A stretch of DNA of 6,394 bases, from positions 1 to 6,394 of the forward strand of contig BAAFSQ010000440.1 of the NCBI GenBank assembly GCA_054661495.1. The letters run 5' to 3'. The notes beneath the pieces were generated by a model. It was not told the origin of the DNA. It saw only the letters and a program-made list of their open reading frames with translations, and did no database searches. Shown here piece after piece: positions 6,315 to 6,394 of the stretch (positions are counted from its first letter, which is position 1; each line of letters opens with the position of its first letter). A program made the translations under genes and the position numbers. Source of the stretch: Zygophlyctis sp. KS116 (lineage: Eukaryota > Fungi > Chytridiomycota).

Positions 6315-6394
6315 CTCGTGTTGAAATATAATCAAAAGTTATTTGCAACAAAATTTGCGCGGAACGCGAAATTCTCCGAACTCAAAGACTGGCT

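Overview
AT-rich eukaryotic DNA; GTATGT/TACTAAY/YAG splice signals suggest a fungus-like lineage. I see no intact housekeeping gene. The window is a patchwork of short, decayed fragments from four transposon classes: a non-LTR (LINE) RT (436-852, -) with a possible LINE endonuclease scrap (1-75, -), a Ty1/copia RT (2471-2885, -), a Ty3/gypsy RT with YIDD (4001-4337, +) and a hAT transposase (4615-5266, +). The gypsy and hAT pieces are absent from the ORF track and were found by manual translation. Between them lie a ~265-codon stop-interrupted frame of unknown function (887-1681, -), a probably spliced CxxC zinc-finger gene or pseudogene (5562-6314, -), a 96-bp dispersed duplication, a tRNA B-box/SINE-like piece, minisatellites, and recurrent TAACCCTA/TAGGGTTA motifs near fragment junctions. 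All family calls come from motif recognition by eye; no database search was run.
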